NCBI GenBank assembly: GCA_963771885.1
Contig: CAVYVF010000023.1
Coordinates: 320,001 to 384,000 of the forward strand
DNA length: 64,000 nucleotides
Source: Candidatus Bathyarchaeota archaeon
Lineage (GTDB): Archaea; Thermoproteota; Bathyarchaeia; TCS64
Direction: 5' to 3'
The notes beneath the pieces were generated by a model. That model saw only the letters and a list, made by a program, of their open reading frames with translations. It did no database searches and was not told the DNA's origin. Both the position numbers and the translations under genes were made by a program. Shown piece after piece: positions 28,516 to 38,479 of this stretch. How positions within the stretch are numbered: the first letter of the stretch is position 1; the number at the start of each line of letters is the position of its first letter.

Positions 28516-30144
28516 TCACTTCAGGTTTTTCAGGATCGATGAGATGAGACCCTCCTCGGTCTCAGCGTATAAAACGTGTATCTGGTAGAGTTCAGCGAGC
28601 CTAAGCTCCTCCGAATTAGGCGGTATTAGGGAGGCGAGGACGAATCTAGCCGACTTCAGGTCAGAATGAAGGCTACTTCTCTCCACTATCCTGTTGAAAA
28701 CGGAGCCGTCCGTCAGTACGTCTATGCAGAGGCTTGCCTCCATCTTCGGGTTCTTGGCGAACACGTCAAAGAGGTAGGACTTCGATGCACCTTGCAGTGT
28801 GCCCGGCACTTCGACGGACCATTTCTTGTCTTCTAGGGCGTCCCTGATCTTGGTGGCGAGCGTTTCCACCTTGATGCGTTGGGCGACCTGCTTCAACTTT
28901 TCCTGTATCGGCTGCCCGAGCTGCCAATAGTCCCTGAACATCAGGAGCATCGTCTCGACGTAGGCGCTGATGTTTGACCATACTGTGCGTTTCTGGAGAT
29001 CCATGTAGGGGACGTTCATCAGCGCCTCCTTTGCGTCGATGGTAAGGAGGATGAGGTCGGTCGAGGCGGCGTTCTCCGCGATGATCATGTCTTCGCCGGC
29101 GATGTTGGCGAGGTAGGGTAGGTTCTTCGGGTTAGTCTTTGTCAGCACCCTCGTCTTTACACCCTTGACCGTGATGTCATCGATCTCATCGAGAGGCAAC
29201 GGTAAGGCAGTCGAGTCGTTCGCCATGATATCAACTGCTTTGGTGGCTCTCCCTATCATGTCTCTGAAGAGCTTGGTGTACTCCTCGTTCGTCATGTAGG
29301 TGATTATTTCCTGACTTGGTTCCCCGGTCTGGATGGATTTTATCATGGACTCCGCCTCGGGGGCGAGGCTCCAGAGGGCGTCGAAGAATATCCTCATCGC
29401 CGCGACATAGCTCGAGGCGTTTGTCCAGAGCCCGGTGTCTGCCTTCGTCGTCATGCTCATCGAGTCGTCCATGGCGACTGTCGTGAGGGTCTCCCTCCCG
29501 TCGATTATTGCGAACCTTATTGGCGCCGAGAGGATCACGTGGCGGGCCTCGACCAGCCCCAGATATGGCTCGACATTTTTCAGGCCTTCCACATCGATCT
29601 GCGTGAGCACTCTAACCTTCTTCCCATTCTGAGTGAGCGCCTTGAACCTATCGTCAACCCCCCAGAGCGAGAGACGTGCTAGGTCACGCGTCGTCGTGAC
29701 GAGTCGCACCTCTTCCTCCGCCTTGTCACACATCTCCAGTAGGAGGTCGAAAACCTGCTGTCTGCCTTGGAATATTCGGAACTTGAACTCCTCGTCTGTT
29801 GGCTGTGCGGCACCACTTGCGAGGTTCTTCCACTCCTCAACGAGGGTACCGCTGTTCTGTTCGAGGTCCGTTAGGCGCTGCTTAAGCCCACCTTTCTGCC
29901 TGTTTAGTACGTCGATGAGTGGTGTCGCGACGTACCTTATGGGACGCCCAATGAGGCTTTGCACGAGCCCCTTGTCCTCGAGCGTCTTCAGGCTCCTGTA
30001 TGCCTTCATCCTGTTGAGGTTGAATCGGCGGGAGACTATGCGGGCGGGTGACGGCCCCATCGCCGAGAGGAAAACGTATAGCTCCGCTTCGTTTTTTTCA
30101 AGCCCAAGTTCCTGTAGGCGCTTCGTTAGCCTCTCGGTGGACAT
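28516..30144 (-). CDS. TrmB-family transcriptional regulator, extended multi-domain form
   Basis: N-terminal wHTH LQELGL...EAELYVFL...YRSLKTLEDKGLV...RPIRYVA; two internally repeated effector-like domains (AIIDGRETL...WTN...FFDALW; TIDAKEAL...WSN...FRDYW). Confidence 0.85.
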   Translation of the reverse strand: MSTERLTKRLQELGLEKNEAELYVFLSAMGPSPARIVSRRFNLNRMKAYRSLKTLEDKGLVQSLIGRPIRYVATPLIDVLNRQKGGLKQRLTDLEQNSGTLVEEWKNLASGAAQPTDEEFKFRIFQGRQQVFDLLLEMCDKAEEEVRLVTTTRDLARLSLWGVDDRFKALTQNGKKVRVLTQIDVEGLKNVEPYLGLVEARHVILSAPIRFAIIDGRETLTTVAMDDSMSMTTKADTGLWTNASSYVAAMRIFFDALWSLAPEAESMIKSIQTGEPSQEIITYMTNEEYTKLFRDMIGRATKAVDIMANDSTALPLPLDEIDDITVKGVKTRVLTKTNPKNLPYLANIAGEDMIIAENAASTDLILLTIDAKEALMNVPYMDLQKRTVWSNISAYVETMLLMFRDYWQLGQPIQEKLKQVAQRIKVETLATKIRDALEDKKWSVEVPGTLQGASKSYLFDVFAKNPKMEASLCIDVLTDGSVFNRIVERSSLHSDLKSARFVLASLIPPNSEELRLAELYQIHVLYAETEEGLISSILKNLK

Positions 30145-30273
30145 TATGTGAGGGTTGGATCTCTATATTTTTAAATGTTCGTTCATTGAGTGCAAGCATT
30201 CTGCACGTGCATTTGTTACACACCGATCGTTTTCCCCTACACGTAGGACCTTGGATGCAGAGGTGTGTAGGTC

Positions 30274-30537
30274 ATGAAGAGGCTCATTATAAAGGGGAAG
30301 GATCGAATGTGGCCTACCGTGATCTGGCAGGGGTCGCAGCTCGTCGTCTACTATCTAGGCGAGGACGAGAGCGATGTTAAGGTGAAGGAGGCGAACGGCA
30401 TCGATTTCGAGGAGTTCTTCCTTCACCTCGATCGCGGGGGCTCTGTGTTCGTTACAATGAAGCCCAGCGACAGCAATGTGATCGACAACGCCCACGCTGC
30501 AGAGGTAGCTGCCGACGACCTCTATGAATACGCATAA
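30274..30537 (+). CDS. Small acidic hypothetical protein upstream of tfb
   Basis: SD GAGGTG, 87 aa, 17 nt before tfb. Confidence 0.65.
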   Translation: MKRLIIKGKDRMWPTVIWQGSQLVVYYLGEDESDVKVKEANGIDFEEFFLHLDRGGSVFVTMKPSDSNVIDNAHAAEVAADDLYEYA

Positions 30538-30554
30538 TATGGGAGAGATGAAAA

Positions 30555-31523
30555 ATGGAACAGGAATATAATCACGAGTGTCCAAAGTGTCACAGTTCGC
30601 AGATAATTAGAGACAACGAGGCGGGTGAGGAGGTCTGTAGTCAATGCGGCCTCGTCATCTCCAACATGGTTGACTCGGGCGCTGAGTGGAGGGCCTTCGA
30701 GTTCAGCGAGATGGGCAGGTCGCGCGCGGGTCAGGCACTAACCCCCTCCCTCTGGGACCAAGGCATGTCTACGAGCTTCAACTGCCTCAGAGACGGCACT
30801 GGGAAGCCACTCAAACTCGACGCGATCGACAAGATGTACCGCCTAAAGAAGTACGATAATAGGTCGAAGGTCAATGACACTCAGGCGAGGAACCTCAGCA
30901 TCGCTATGGCGGAGCTGAGCAGGCTCTCGACTGCGATCCACCTCCCGGAGAACGCGAAGAACGATGCAGCGACCCTTTACAGGAAGGCCCTCAACAAGGA
31001 TATGATTAGGGGGCGCAGCATTGACTCCTTCATTGCGGCGTGCGTCTATGCGACGTGCAGGCTACGCGGGATACCACGCCCACTAAAGTCAATAGCCACG
31101 GAGAGCCGCAGAGACATGGGTGACGTCGCGAGGACCTACCGTCTCCTAATCCAGGAGATGGGTCTCAAGATGCCCATCAACGAGTCCGAGAAGTTCATCC
31201 CTGGGATCGCCGCCAAGCTGGGGCTGAGGAGGCAGACCGAGCAGCAGGCGGTCGAGATACTCCGCGAGGCAAGGGCGAAGAATCAACTATCGGGCAAGGA
31301 CCCAAGAGGCTTGGCTGCGGCGTCCCTGTACCTATCGTGCATCCGCAACCACGACAAGAGGACGCAGAAGGACGTCGCCGAGGCAGCCGGCACAACCGAG
31401 GTTACCCTCCGCAACAGAGTGAAGGGGCTCGAGGAGTCGATGAACAGGGACGCGATGAACGCGATGCGCCCCGAGGACCAGCCGGCGATGATGGTAGATC
31501 CCCTATACAGCAAGGCCGACTAA
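30555..31523 (+). CDS. tfb: Transcription initiation factor IIB (TFB)
   Basis: Zn ribbon CPKC...CSQCG, GAEWRAF, RNLSIAMAEL, IRGRSI, GKDPRGLAAASLY, TQKDVAEAAGTTEVTLRNR. Confidence 0.96.
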   Translation: MEQEYNHECPKCHSSQIIRDNEAGEEVCSQCGLVISNMVDSGAEWRAFEFSEMGRSRAGQALTPSLWDQGMSTSFNCLRDGTGKPLKLDAIDKMYRLKKYDNRSKVNDTQARNLSIAMAELSRLSTAIHLPENAKNDAATLYRKALNKDMIRGRSIDSFIAACVYATCRLRGIPRPLKSIATESRRDMGDVARTYRLLIQEMGLKMPINESEKFIPGIAAKLGLRRQTEQQAVEILREARAKNQLSGKDPRGLAAASLYLSCIRNHDKRTQKDVAEAAGTTEVTLRNRVKGLEESMNRDAMNAMRPEDQPAMMVDPLYSKAD

Positions 31524-31538
31524 ACAATACCCTTTTTT

Positions 31539-32471
31539 TTAGATTTGACGGAAGACCTCGTCTCGGAGAACCGCGCAAGTCTCCTTCATCTCGGAAAGCT
31601 TTCCGCTTCTCGGGATGGCTATCATCATCTTGTAGCCGCCATCCTCTACGGCTCGCAACTTTTCGATGAGGACCTCTGGGGTGCCTACGAAGACATCTTC
31701 GGCGACCTCCTTGATGGGCTTGTCCTTGGCGATCTTCTTGACTATCTCCTCGGTCTCCACGTCGTTCTTTGTGGGGGTTATCGTTGCGAATCCGTGGAGG
31801 TAGAAATCCTTCATTTTCCGCCCGTTCTTCTCAAGCTCGGGCTCCAGTATCTTGAGGTAGCCTTTTATCGCGTTTTTATTGCCGCTCCCGTTCATGCCGT
31901 CGGCGTACTTGGCGGCGATGCTTATCATGCGCTGCTGGCGGGCACCGACGCTGAGCCTCATCGGTTTCTGGACGGTACCGGGGACGTTGACTGCGTCCTT
32001 GAGCTTCCAGTACTTCCCCTCGTAGCTGAAGACTTCTTTGTCGAACATGCCTCGGAGTATCTGGACGGCTTCCTTAAGGCGAGTAACGCGCTCGCCTGCC
32101 TCGGGTATCCCCCTGCCTTTCTCCATGAGGTCATAGCCCTTGTACTCGGGGTCGTTCCAGCCAGCGCCGATGATGGTCTCGTATCGGCCCCCTGTCATGA
32201 TGTCGAGTGTCGTGATCATCTTGGCGAGGACGGCAGGGTTGCGCATACTGTTGAAGAGGGTTATATGCCCGACCCTGATCTTCTTGGTCTGCATCGCTAT
32301 CCCTGCAATCGTTGTCCACGCCTCGAGGGTGGGTTCCTTGCGGTCTCCACCAAGCCCCTCGAAGTGGTCGTTCAGGAAGACGCCGAATAGCCCGAGCTCC
32401 TCCGCGTAGCGGGACACCTCGAGCATCGCCGGGTATGTGCCGGCTGGTCTTATGTATAGTCCGAAGTCCAT
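31539..32471 (-). CDS. LLM-class (luciferase-like, probably F420/flavin-dependent) oxidoreductase
   Basis: FLNDHF, EAWTTIAGIA, RNPAVLAKMITTLD...GGR, GAGW, YEGKYW; start trimmed to MDFGLY. Confidence 0.88.
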   Translation of the reverse strand: MDFGLYIRPAGTYPAMLEVSRYAEELGLFGVFLNDHFEGLGGDRKEPTLEAWTTIAGIAMQTKKIRVGHITLFNSMRNPAVLAKMITTLDIMTGGRYETIIGAGWNDPEYKGYDLMEKGRGIPEAGERVTRLKEAVQILRGMFDKEVFSYEGKYWKLKDAVNVPGTVQKPMRLSVGARQQRMISIAAKYADGMNGSGNKNAIKGYLKILEPELEKNGRKMKDFYLHGFATITPTKNDVETEEIVKKIAKDKPIKEVAEDVFVGTPEVLIEKLRAVEDGGYKMMIAIPRSGKLSEMKETCAVLRDEVFRQI

Positions 32472-32802
32472 GGGGGCATGAATCCAGTTCGCCGTATTTA
32501 GGGATAACCAGTGGATAGGTGACACTGGTATACGGCTCCTCAATCTCCTTAAACGGCTGCGCCAAGCGTCACCCGACCAACTTTGTGCAGTCATGATGTT
32601 TATGCAGCTAAAAAAGTAAAGCCGAGAAAGTCAGCGAAGATACGCAACCCCGTCGAGGACAAAGTGGTGGATGTGGAGTACATTAGCGCCTCCGCGAGAC
32701 TTACCGAGGCTGTGGAGATTCTGCGTAAGTAGCTATTCCGCGCAGTCAGAGATAATGCTCCAAGCGGCGTGCGCGAGCAATTTCACTTCTATCATTGGTG
32801 AA

Positions 32803-32992
32803 ATGGGAAAGATAGTCAAGTTTCCCATCACCTCGTTTCTCGGCATAATAATCTATTTACACTAGTCTAAAATTTGCGAAAGGGACATGGGAAACGGGGA
32901 AACCAGGGGAAACATCACAGATCTGGGAAAAATGTATCTTTCGGAGGGAAAAATGGGAAACATACCTCTTAGGCGTGGGAAAAACGGGAAAA
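32803..32992 (+). repeat. Cluster of GGGAAA repeats including an inverted pair and a G-quadruplex-type motif
   Basis: Nine GGGAAA on +, one TTTCCCAT inverted copy at 32821; GGGACATGGGAAACGGGGAAACCAGGGG at 32882-32909. Confidence 0.6.
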
Positions 32993-33129
32993 GGCAAACC
33001 GAGTTGTTCGCGCGATAAAATGTGGCGCGCGCAGCTCCTCCTACCTAAGCTGTGAAGATCTTGGGTATGTGGTCGCTCCTACGCCGTCAGGGATATAGCT
33101 CCTAGCGGAGTCTTTGAATCAGACAGACA

Positions 33130-34521
33130 TTGGCAAGAAAGCCGCACCCCTATATCCCAAACTCGGTCCCAGGCGTAAAGGCGGAGATGCTTCATGCCGT
33201 TGGAGCATCGAGCGCCGACGAACTCTACGCGGAGATGATACCAAACAGACTGCTCTTCAAGGGAAAGTTGGATCTACCCGAGGCTCTCCCAGCCGAGTAC
33301 GACCTGAAGAGACATGTCGCCGGGATGCTGTCTCGCGACAAGACAACGAGGGACACAGTCATATTCCTAGGTGGAGGCTGCTGGAACCACTTCGTGCCTC
33401 AGATTTGTGATGATATCGCTGGGAGAAGCGAGTTCCTCACCGCTTATACAGGGGGGTACTATAGCGACCTCGGGCGCTTCCAGGCAAACTGGGAGTTTCA
33501 GAGCCTCATCTGCGAGCTCGTAGGGATGGAGGTCAGCGGGATCCCCACATATGATTGGGGGAGTGCTGCGGGGAACGCGGTGAGAATGGCTTCACGCCTC
33601 ACGGGTAGGCGCGAGGTAATCGTACCCGCGCACATGAGCCCAGCGCGCCTCAGCATCGTCTCCAACTTCTGCAACCCAACTAGGATGCCTGATGCAATCA
33701 AGGTCATCAAGGTAGCATATGATAATACGACGGGAACACTCGACATCAATGACTTGAAGAAGAGGATCAGTGATAAGTCGGCGTGCATCTACTTCGAAAA
33801 CCCCGGCTACCTCGGCACCATTGAGGACCAGGGCGAGGAGATTTCTGAGATTGCTCACAGGGCTGGAGCGGAGGTTGTCGTAGGAGTTGATCCGATAAGC
33901 CTCGGTGTCCTGTCCCCACCGAGCGATTACGGAGCTGACATAGTCTGCGGTGAGGTTCAGCCGCTGGGCGTTCACATGAGCGCAGGCGGGGGACTTGCAG
34001 GCTTTATAGCAAGCAGGGACGAGGAGAGGTACGTGGCGGAGTACCCGCTGCGCCTAATCAGCGTCACCGGCACCACTGTGGAGGGGGAGCGCGGCTTCGG
34101 TCAGGCAAAGTACGAGCGCACAAGCTACATGGCGCGAGAGAAGGCGAAGGATTGGGTCGGTACCACCACCGCCCTTCACGGCATTATTGCGGCGGTTTAT
34201 ATGAGTCTACTCGGACCCGATGGGATGAGAGATGTCGGGGAGGCGATTCTACAGAAGAGCCATTACGCGGCGAGGAGACTCAGCGAAATAGCCGAGGTTA
34301 AGTTCCCTGGCTTCTTCAAAGAGTTCCCTCTGTGCTTCGATGCGTCGAAGAAGAAAGTCGGACAAGTGAATAAGGCCTTACTCAAGAGGGGAATCCTCGG
34401 GGGAAAAGATGTCTCCCGAGAGTTCCCAGAACTAGGACAGTCGGCGCTAACGTGCTTCACCGAGGTGCACTCAAAAGCGGACATAGATGGATTCGCCGAC
34501 GCGCTAGAGGCGATACTATGA
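33130..34521 (+). CDS. gcvPA: Glycine dehydrogenase (decarboxylating) subunit 1-like, divergent
   Basis: HPYIPN, FLGGG, RSEFLTAYT, FENPGYLG, YGADIVCGEVQPLG, FTEVHSKADID. Confidence 0.85.
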   Translation: MARKPHPYIPNSVPGVKAEMLHAVGASSADELYAEMIPNRLLFKGKLDLPEALPAEYDLKRHVAGMLSRDKTTRDTVIFLGGGCWNHFVPQICDDIAGRSEFLTAYTGGYYSDLGRFQANWEFQSLICELVGMEVSGIPTYDWGSAAGNAVRMASRLTGRREVIVPAHMSPARLSIVSNFCNPTRMPDAIKVIKVAYDNTTGTLDINDLKKRISDKSACIYFENPGYLGTIEDQGEEISEIAHRAGAEVVVGVDPISLGVLSPPSDYGADIVCGEVQPLGVHMSAGGGLAGFIASRDEERYVAEYPLRLISVTGTTVEGERGFGQAKYERTSYMAREKAKDWVGTTTALHGIIAAVYMSLLGPDGMRDVGEAILQKSHYAARRLSEIAEVKFPGFFKEFPLCFDASKKKVGQVNKALLKRGILGGKDVSREFPELGQSALTCFTEVHSKADIDGFADALEAIL

Positions 34522-36062
34522 TGACTTGTCCGAAGGTTCGACCATATCACGCAACGGTCTGGAGCGAGCCCCTCATCCACGAACTCGGACGCGAGGGGGA
34601 GAGAGGCGTCATCCTCCCAGCCGTCGAGGCGGAGATAACGGAGAGCGTCGGTGAAGTCGAGTCGCTCATTCCCAAGAAGATGAGGCGGAGGGGGAAGCCG
34701 GAGCTCCCCGAGCTCAGCCAGCCCCAGGTCCTTCGCCACTGGCTACACCTGAGCCAGATGACGCTTGGCATGGAGGGGGACATCGACCTCGGCGTCGGCA
34801 CATGCACTATGAAGTACAGCCCCAAGGTGAACGAGGAGCTCGCCGCAATGATCTCGGGGATGCATCCCGACCAGCCCGAGGAGACGATGCAGGGGCTACT
34901 GGAGTTAGCGTGGCGCTTCGGCGACGTCTACCTCCGGGAGATCAGCGGGATGGAGGCGTTTACGTTCCAGCCTCCGGGCGGCTCGGCGGGTGCCTTCAAC
35001 AATGCCGCCATCATGAGGAAGTACCACGAGCTGAACGGTGAGTTGGGGCAGCGGGACGAGGTCATCACGACAATCTTCAGCCACCCGTGCGACGCTGCGT
35101 GCCCCGCGACGGCGGGCTTCAAGGTGGTTACTCTGTATCCGGACGAGGAAACGGGACACCCCAGCGTCGAGGCGCTTAAGGCGGCGGTCAGCAAGCACAC
35201 AGCGGGGATATTCGTCACCAACCCCGAGGACACGGGCATATTCAACCGCGACATTGACGAGTGGACGAGGATAGTCCACGAGGCAGGTGGACTCTGCGCC
35301 TACGACCAGGCGAACCTCAACGCGGTGATGGGCGTAACACGGGCGAGGGAAGCGGGCTTCGACATGAGCTTCTTCAACTTGCACAAAACGTTCAGCAGCC
35401 CACACGGTTCGTCTGGGCCGGGGTCGGGGGCGGTAGGCGTTACCAAGGAGTTGGAGGACCTGCTTCCCATCCCCGTAATCGTGAAGAAGAAGGAAAAGTT
35501 TCACCTCGACTATAATCGCCCGAAGAGCATCGGGCGTGTACGCGACTTTCTCGGTAACCTGCAGGTTGTCGTACGCGCCTACGCGTGGGCGGTGGCGATG
35601 GGCGCCGAGGGGCTCAGGGAAGCGGCTGAGGTCAGCATGATAAACAACCAGTACCTCAGCGAGAAGATGAGGGAGGTTCCTGGGGTCTCTAAGCCCTACG
35701 GTGGGATGCGACTCGACCAAGCGCGGTGGAGCCTCGAGAAGCTCAAGAAGGAGACGGGCTGCGGGATTGGCGACGTAAACAAGCGTGTCATCGACTATGG
35801 TGTACAGAGCTTCTTCACTAGCCATCATCCCTGGATAGTGCCCGAGCCATTCACCCCGGAGCCATGCGAGACCTACAGCAAAGCTGACATCGACTACTGG
35901 GTTACCGTGCTTAAGCGGGTCTGCGAGGAGGCTTACGAAGACCCGAAGATATTGAAGAATGCGCCGCACAACTCGTCGATACACACGATCGACGTGGCGC
36001 CGTTAGACGATCCGATGCGTTGGGCGATGAGCTGGAGGGCGTACAGGAGGAAAATGAAGTGA
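34518..36062 (+). CDS. gcvPB: Glycine dehydrogenase (decarboxylating) subunit 2-like, divergent
   Basis: LPELSQ, GTCTMKYSPKVNE, PLP lysine motif NLHKTFSSPHG, ANLNA, EPCETYSK. Confidence 0.87.
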   Translation: MMTCPKVRPYHATVWSEPLIHELGREGERGVILPAVEAEITESVGEVESLIPKKMRRRGKPELPELSQPQVLRHWLHLSQMTLGMEGDIDLGVGTCTMKYSPKVNEELAAMISGMHPDQPEETMQGLLELAWRFGDVYLREISGMEAFTFQPPGGSAGAFNNAAIMRKYHELNGELGQRDEVITTIFSHPCDAACPATAGFKVVTLYPDEETGHPSVEALKAAVSKHTAGIFVTNPEDTGIFNRDIDEWTRIVHEAGGLCAYDQANLNAVMGVTRAREAGFDMSFFNLHKTFSSPHGSSGPGSGAVGVTKELEDLLPIPVIVKKKEKFHLDYNRPKSIGRVRDFLGNLQVVVRAYAWAVAMGAEGLREAAEVSMINNQYLSEKMREVPGVSKPYGGMRLDQARWSLEKLKKETGCGIGDVNKRVIDYGVQSFFTSHHPWIVPEPFTPEPCETYSKADIDYWVTVLKRVCEEAYEDPKILKNAPHNSSIHTIDVAPLDDPMRWAMSWRAYRRKMK

Positions 36063-36865
36063 ATAGGCTTGAGGGCAAAGTTGTGGTTGTTACGGGTTCG
36101 GCGCAGGGCATAGGCGCCGGTATTGCGAGGGTGCTCGCCTCACACGGAGCGACCGTCTGCCTCGCCGACATACAGGAGAGCGTCGAGCAGACGGCGGAAA
36201 CTATCCGCATGGTTGGAGGTAAGGCGAGCGCATACAGGATCGACGTGACTAAGTCAGAGAGCGTCGAGGCGACCTTCGAGAAGATATCAACAGACCACGC
36301 ACGCATCGACGTACTCGTCAACAACGCGGGCATCTACCCCCGGCGCAGGCTGTTGGAGATGGACGAGGAGTTCCTTCACCGCCTCTTCGAGATAAATGTC
36401 TTCGGTATGTTCCGCTGCGCGAAGGCGGTGCTTCCCGGGATGATGGAGAGGCGCTACGGGAAAATCGTGAACATGAGCAGTGTAACGGGACCGATGGTGG
36501 GGACACCGGCGGGGGGTCAGACTGCATACGGCTCCTCGAAAGCGGCTGTGATAGGCTTTACGAAGGCCCTCGCCCTCGAGACGGCACAGTACATGATCAA
36601 CGTCAACTGCATACTCCCCGGCTACGTCTACAGCCCGAGCGCATTCGGTATAAGGGGAAGCGCGGGAGGTGAGGATGCTGAGGCGGCAATGCACGAGTTC
36701 GGGCGCAAGATACCCATGTGCAGGCAGGGAAACCCCGAGGACGTCGGAAACCTCGTCCTATTCCTCGCGAGCGACGAGGCGAGCTACCTCACCGGCTCTG
36801 AAGTAGTAATCGACGGGGGGAACATTCTACAGGAGGAGTACCTGGGACCCTACTCCCAAAAGTAG
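36059..36865 (+). CDS. Short-chain dehydrogenase/reductase (SDR)
   Basis: TGSAQGIG, LVNNAG, YGSSK catalytic motif, IDGG; GTGA overlap with gcvPB. Confidence 0.92.
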   Translation: MNRLEGKVVVVTGSAQGIGAGIARVLASHGATVCLADIQESVEQTAETIRMVGGKASAYRIDVTKSESVEATFEKISTDHARIDVLVNNAGIYPRRRLLEMDEEFLHRLFEINVFGMFRCAKAVLPGMMERRYGKIVNMSSVTGPMVGTPAGGQTAYGSSKAAVIGFTKALALETAQYMINVNCILPGYVYSPSAFGIRGSAGGEDAEAAMHEFGRKIPMCRQGNPEDVGNLVLFLASDEASYLTGSEVVIDGGNILQEEYLGPYSQK

Positions 36866-37165
36866 GGTAGTTGCGAATACATGTCTCGTGGCTTGTATAG
36901 AGCCACCAGGAGCTTTTCCTCAACTACCCAGATTGCATCGTTTTCGACTTGTTTCATTTTTTGAAGCTTTTTAATAGTAGTTTATTGGTGGTTGGCGACG
37001 GAGGTTCGGTGGCGTAGCTGTCAATGCGTGGCGCGCAGCCGCTTCCTCTGGGATAGCGACGATAATTACTAGCTTTATTTACTGAGTTGGGGGGGGGCGA
37101 ACGCGTCATACTCCTATAGCCACACTATCACGTTTTATATCCTTCACGGGAAAGTTACACTCGGG

Positions 37166-38479
37166 TTGTCCCCGGATCCCATTCTGGCTCAGACCCTTTG
37201 CTGGTCGGGGCTTCTCTCTTTGCTTGGGTTAGCAGTAGTCTTGAGGCATAGGGCGTCAGGAATACCTGATTTCTCGATCACTGTGTACATCGGGTTGGGG
37301 GTGGTGATGTCTGCCGTCGCTGTGACTATCGGGCTAAACCTTTACGTCGGGCCGGTGTTCGCCTTCGCGGCAGGTTGCCTCCTGGGTCTCGGCCACTACC
37401 GTGGAGTTATTGGGATGATGGAGCGGAGGGGCGATGATGCGGTGAGGCGCTCCTTGGGGGCGATCGGCTTCCAGATCATTGGCAGCGCGCTCCTCGCCTG
37501 CATAGCTTATGGGTTCGACACGCGTCCGGGGGAACGCCTTTACATTTTCCACAGCTTGCAACAGTACGACTTCACGGTAATCGATACAAAGGGCATCTTC
37601 CTAGTCGTGCCACTCGTCTGCATAGCCGTATACTTCGTGATTCTGGCGCTGTCTCGGAGGACTATATTGGGGTCGCTGATCACCGCCTCGGGTGAGGCTC
37701 CCGAACTGGCGATGATTCAGGGTGTGAATCCGTGGAGGGTGAAACTCAACGTATGGGTTTTCTCGGGTGGTCTAGCGGCGCTCGCTGGCTCGCTATTCCC
37801 GCCGTTCTGGCATATAGATCCTGGATGGGAGGCCCCGTTCCTTTTACCGATCTTCGCCGTCGGCGTTCTAAGCGGCTTTGAGTACCTGCTCGTCGCTGTC
37901 ATCGCATCTTACATCGTCGGCATCACTGAGATAATGGGCACACTCTGGGGGCAGGTCAACTTCGGTACATGGGTTGGGGCGTTCAGGCCGCTCTTCTCTA
38001 TGGCGTTCATCTACTTCGGGATGCTGCTCATCCCCCGCGGCCTCGTCGAGGTGAAGGAATTATACACGGACATAAGGGGAGGCGTCAAGCCCATCAGGCG
38101 AAGGCTTTTCGTTGTCTACCTCATCGTACTGGCGCTCGTAGGGATGGCTATCGTATCCGACGTCGTCTACGTTAACTCCAAGGAGGCCTCGATGGTGGAT
38201 ACAACGGCGGGCTGGGTGAACGCCGCTAACAGGGTGGGTGTCGCCGGGGCGAGAATCTATCCGGATACTCAAGACCCCCGTCTACTTAACAGCCAATACT
38301 TCGAGAACGTCTACCCGCCGGATCAGGTGTACACGATCTACTCTATCCGAGAGTTCATGGAGATCATCAAGGTCAGGGAAGCAACCATCGTCTATATGCA
38401 TGATAACGCCCTCTACCTCATCGTCGACCAAACACTCGGCTACGTCTACTACCCAAGCTACGACAACTTCGGGCGCTAG
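37166..38479 (+). CDS. Branched-chain amino acid ABC permease (LivH-like) with C-terminal extension
   Basis: ASGIPDFS, ASGEAPELAMIQGVN, GGLAALAGSL, PRGL; multiple TM helices. Confidence 0.7.
   Translation: MSPDPILAQTLCWSGLLSLLGLAVVLRHRASGIPDFSITVYIGLGVVMSAVAVTIGLNLYVGPVFAFAAGCLLGLGHYRGVIGMMERRGDDAVRRSLGAIGFQIIGSALLACIAYGFDTRPGERLYIFHSLQQYDFTVIDTKGIFLVVPLVCIAVYFVILALSRRTILGSLITASGEAPELAMIQGVNPWRVKLNVWVFSGGLAALAGSLFPPFWHIDPGWEAPFLLPIFAVGVLSGFEYLLVAVIASYIVGITEIMGTLWGQVNFGTWVGAFRPLFSMAFIYFGMLLIPRGLVEVKELYTDIRGGVKPIRRRLFVVYLIVLALVGMAIVSDVVYVNSKEASMVDTTAGWVNAANRVGVAGARIYPDTQDPRLLNSQYFENVYPPDQVYTIYSIREFMEIIKVREATIVYMHDNALYLIVDQTLGYVYYPSYDNFGR

Noticed and set aside
28274..28519. 81-aa ORF (and the 88-aa ORF at 50225-50491) as real proteins
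   Set aside because: Their starts lie upstream of the inferred promoters and only the WGIAL blocks match; kept only as an alternative reading of the leader
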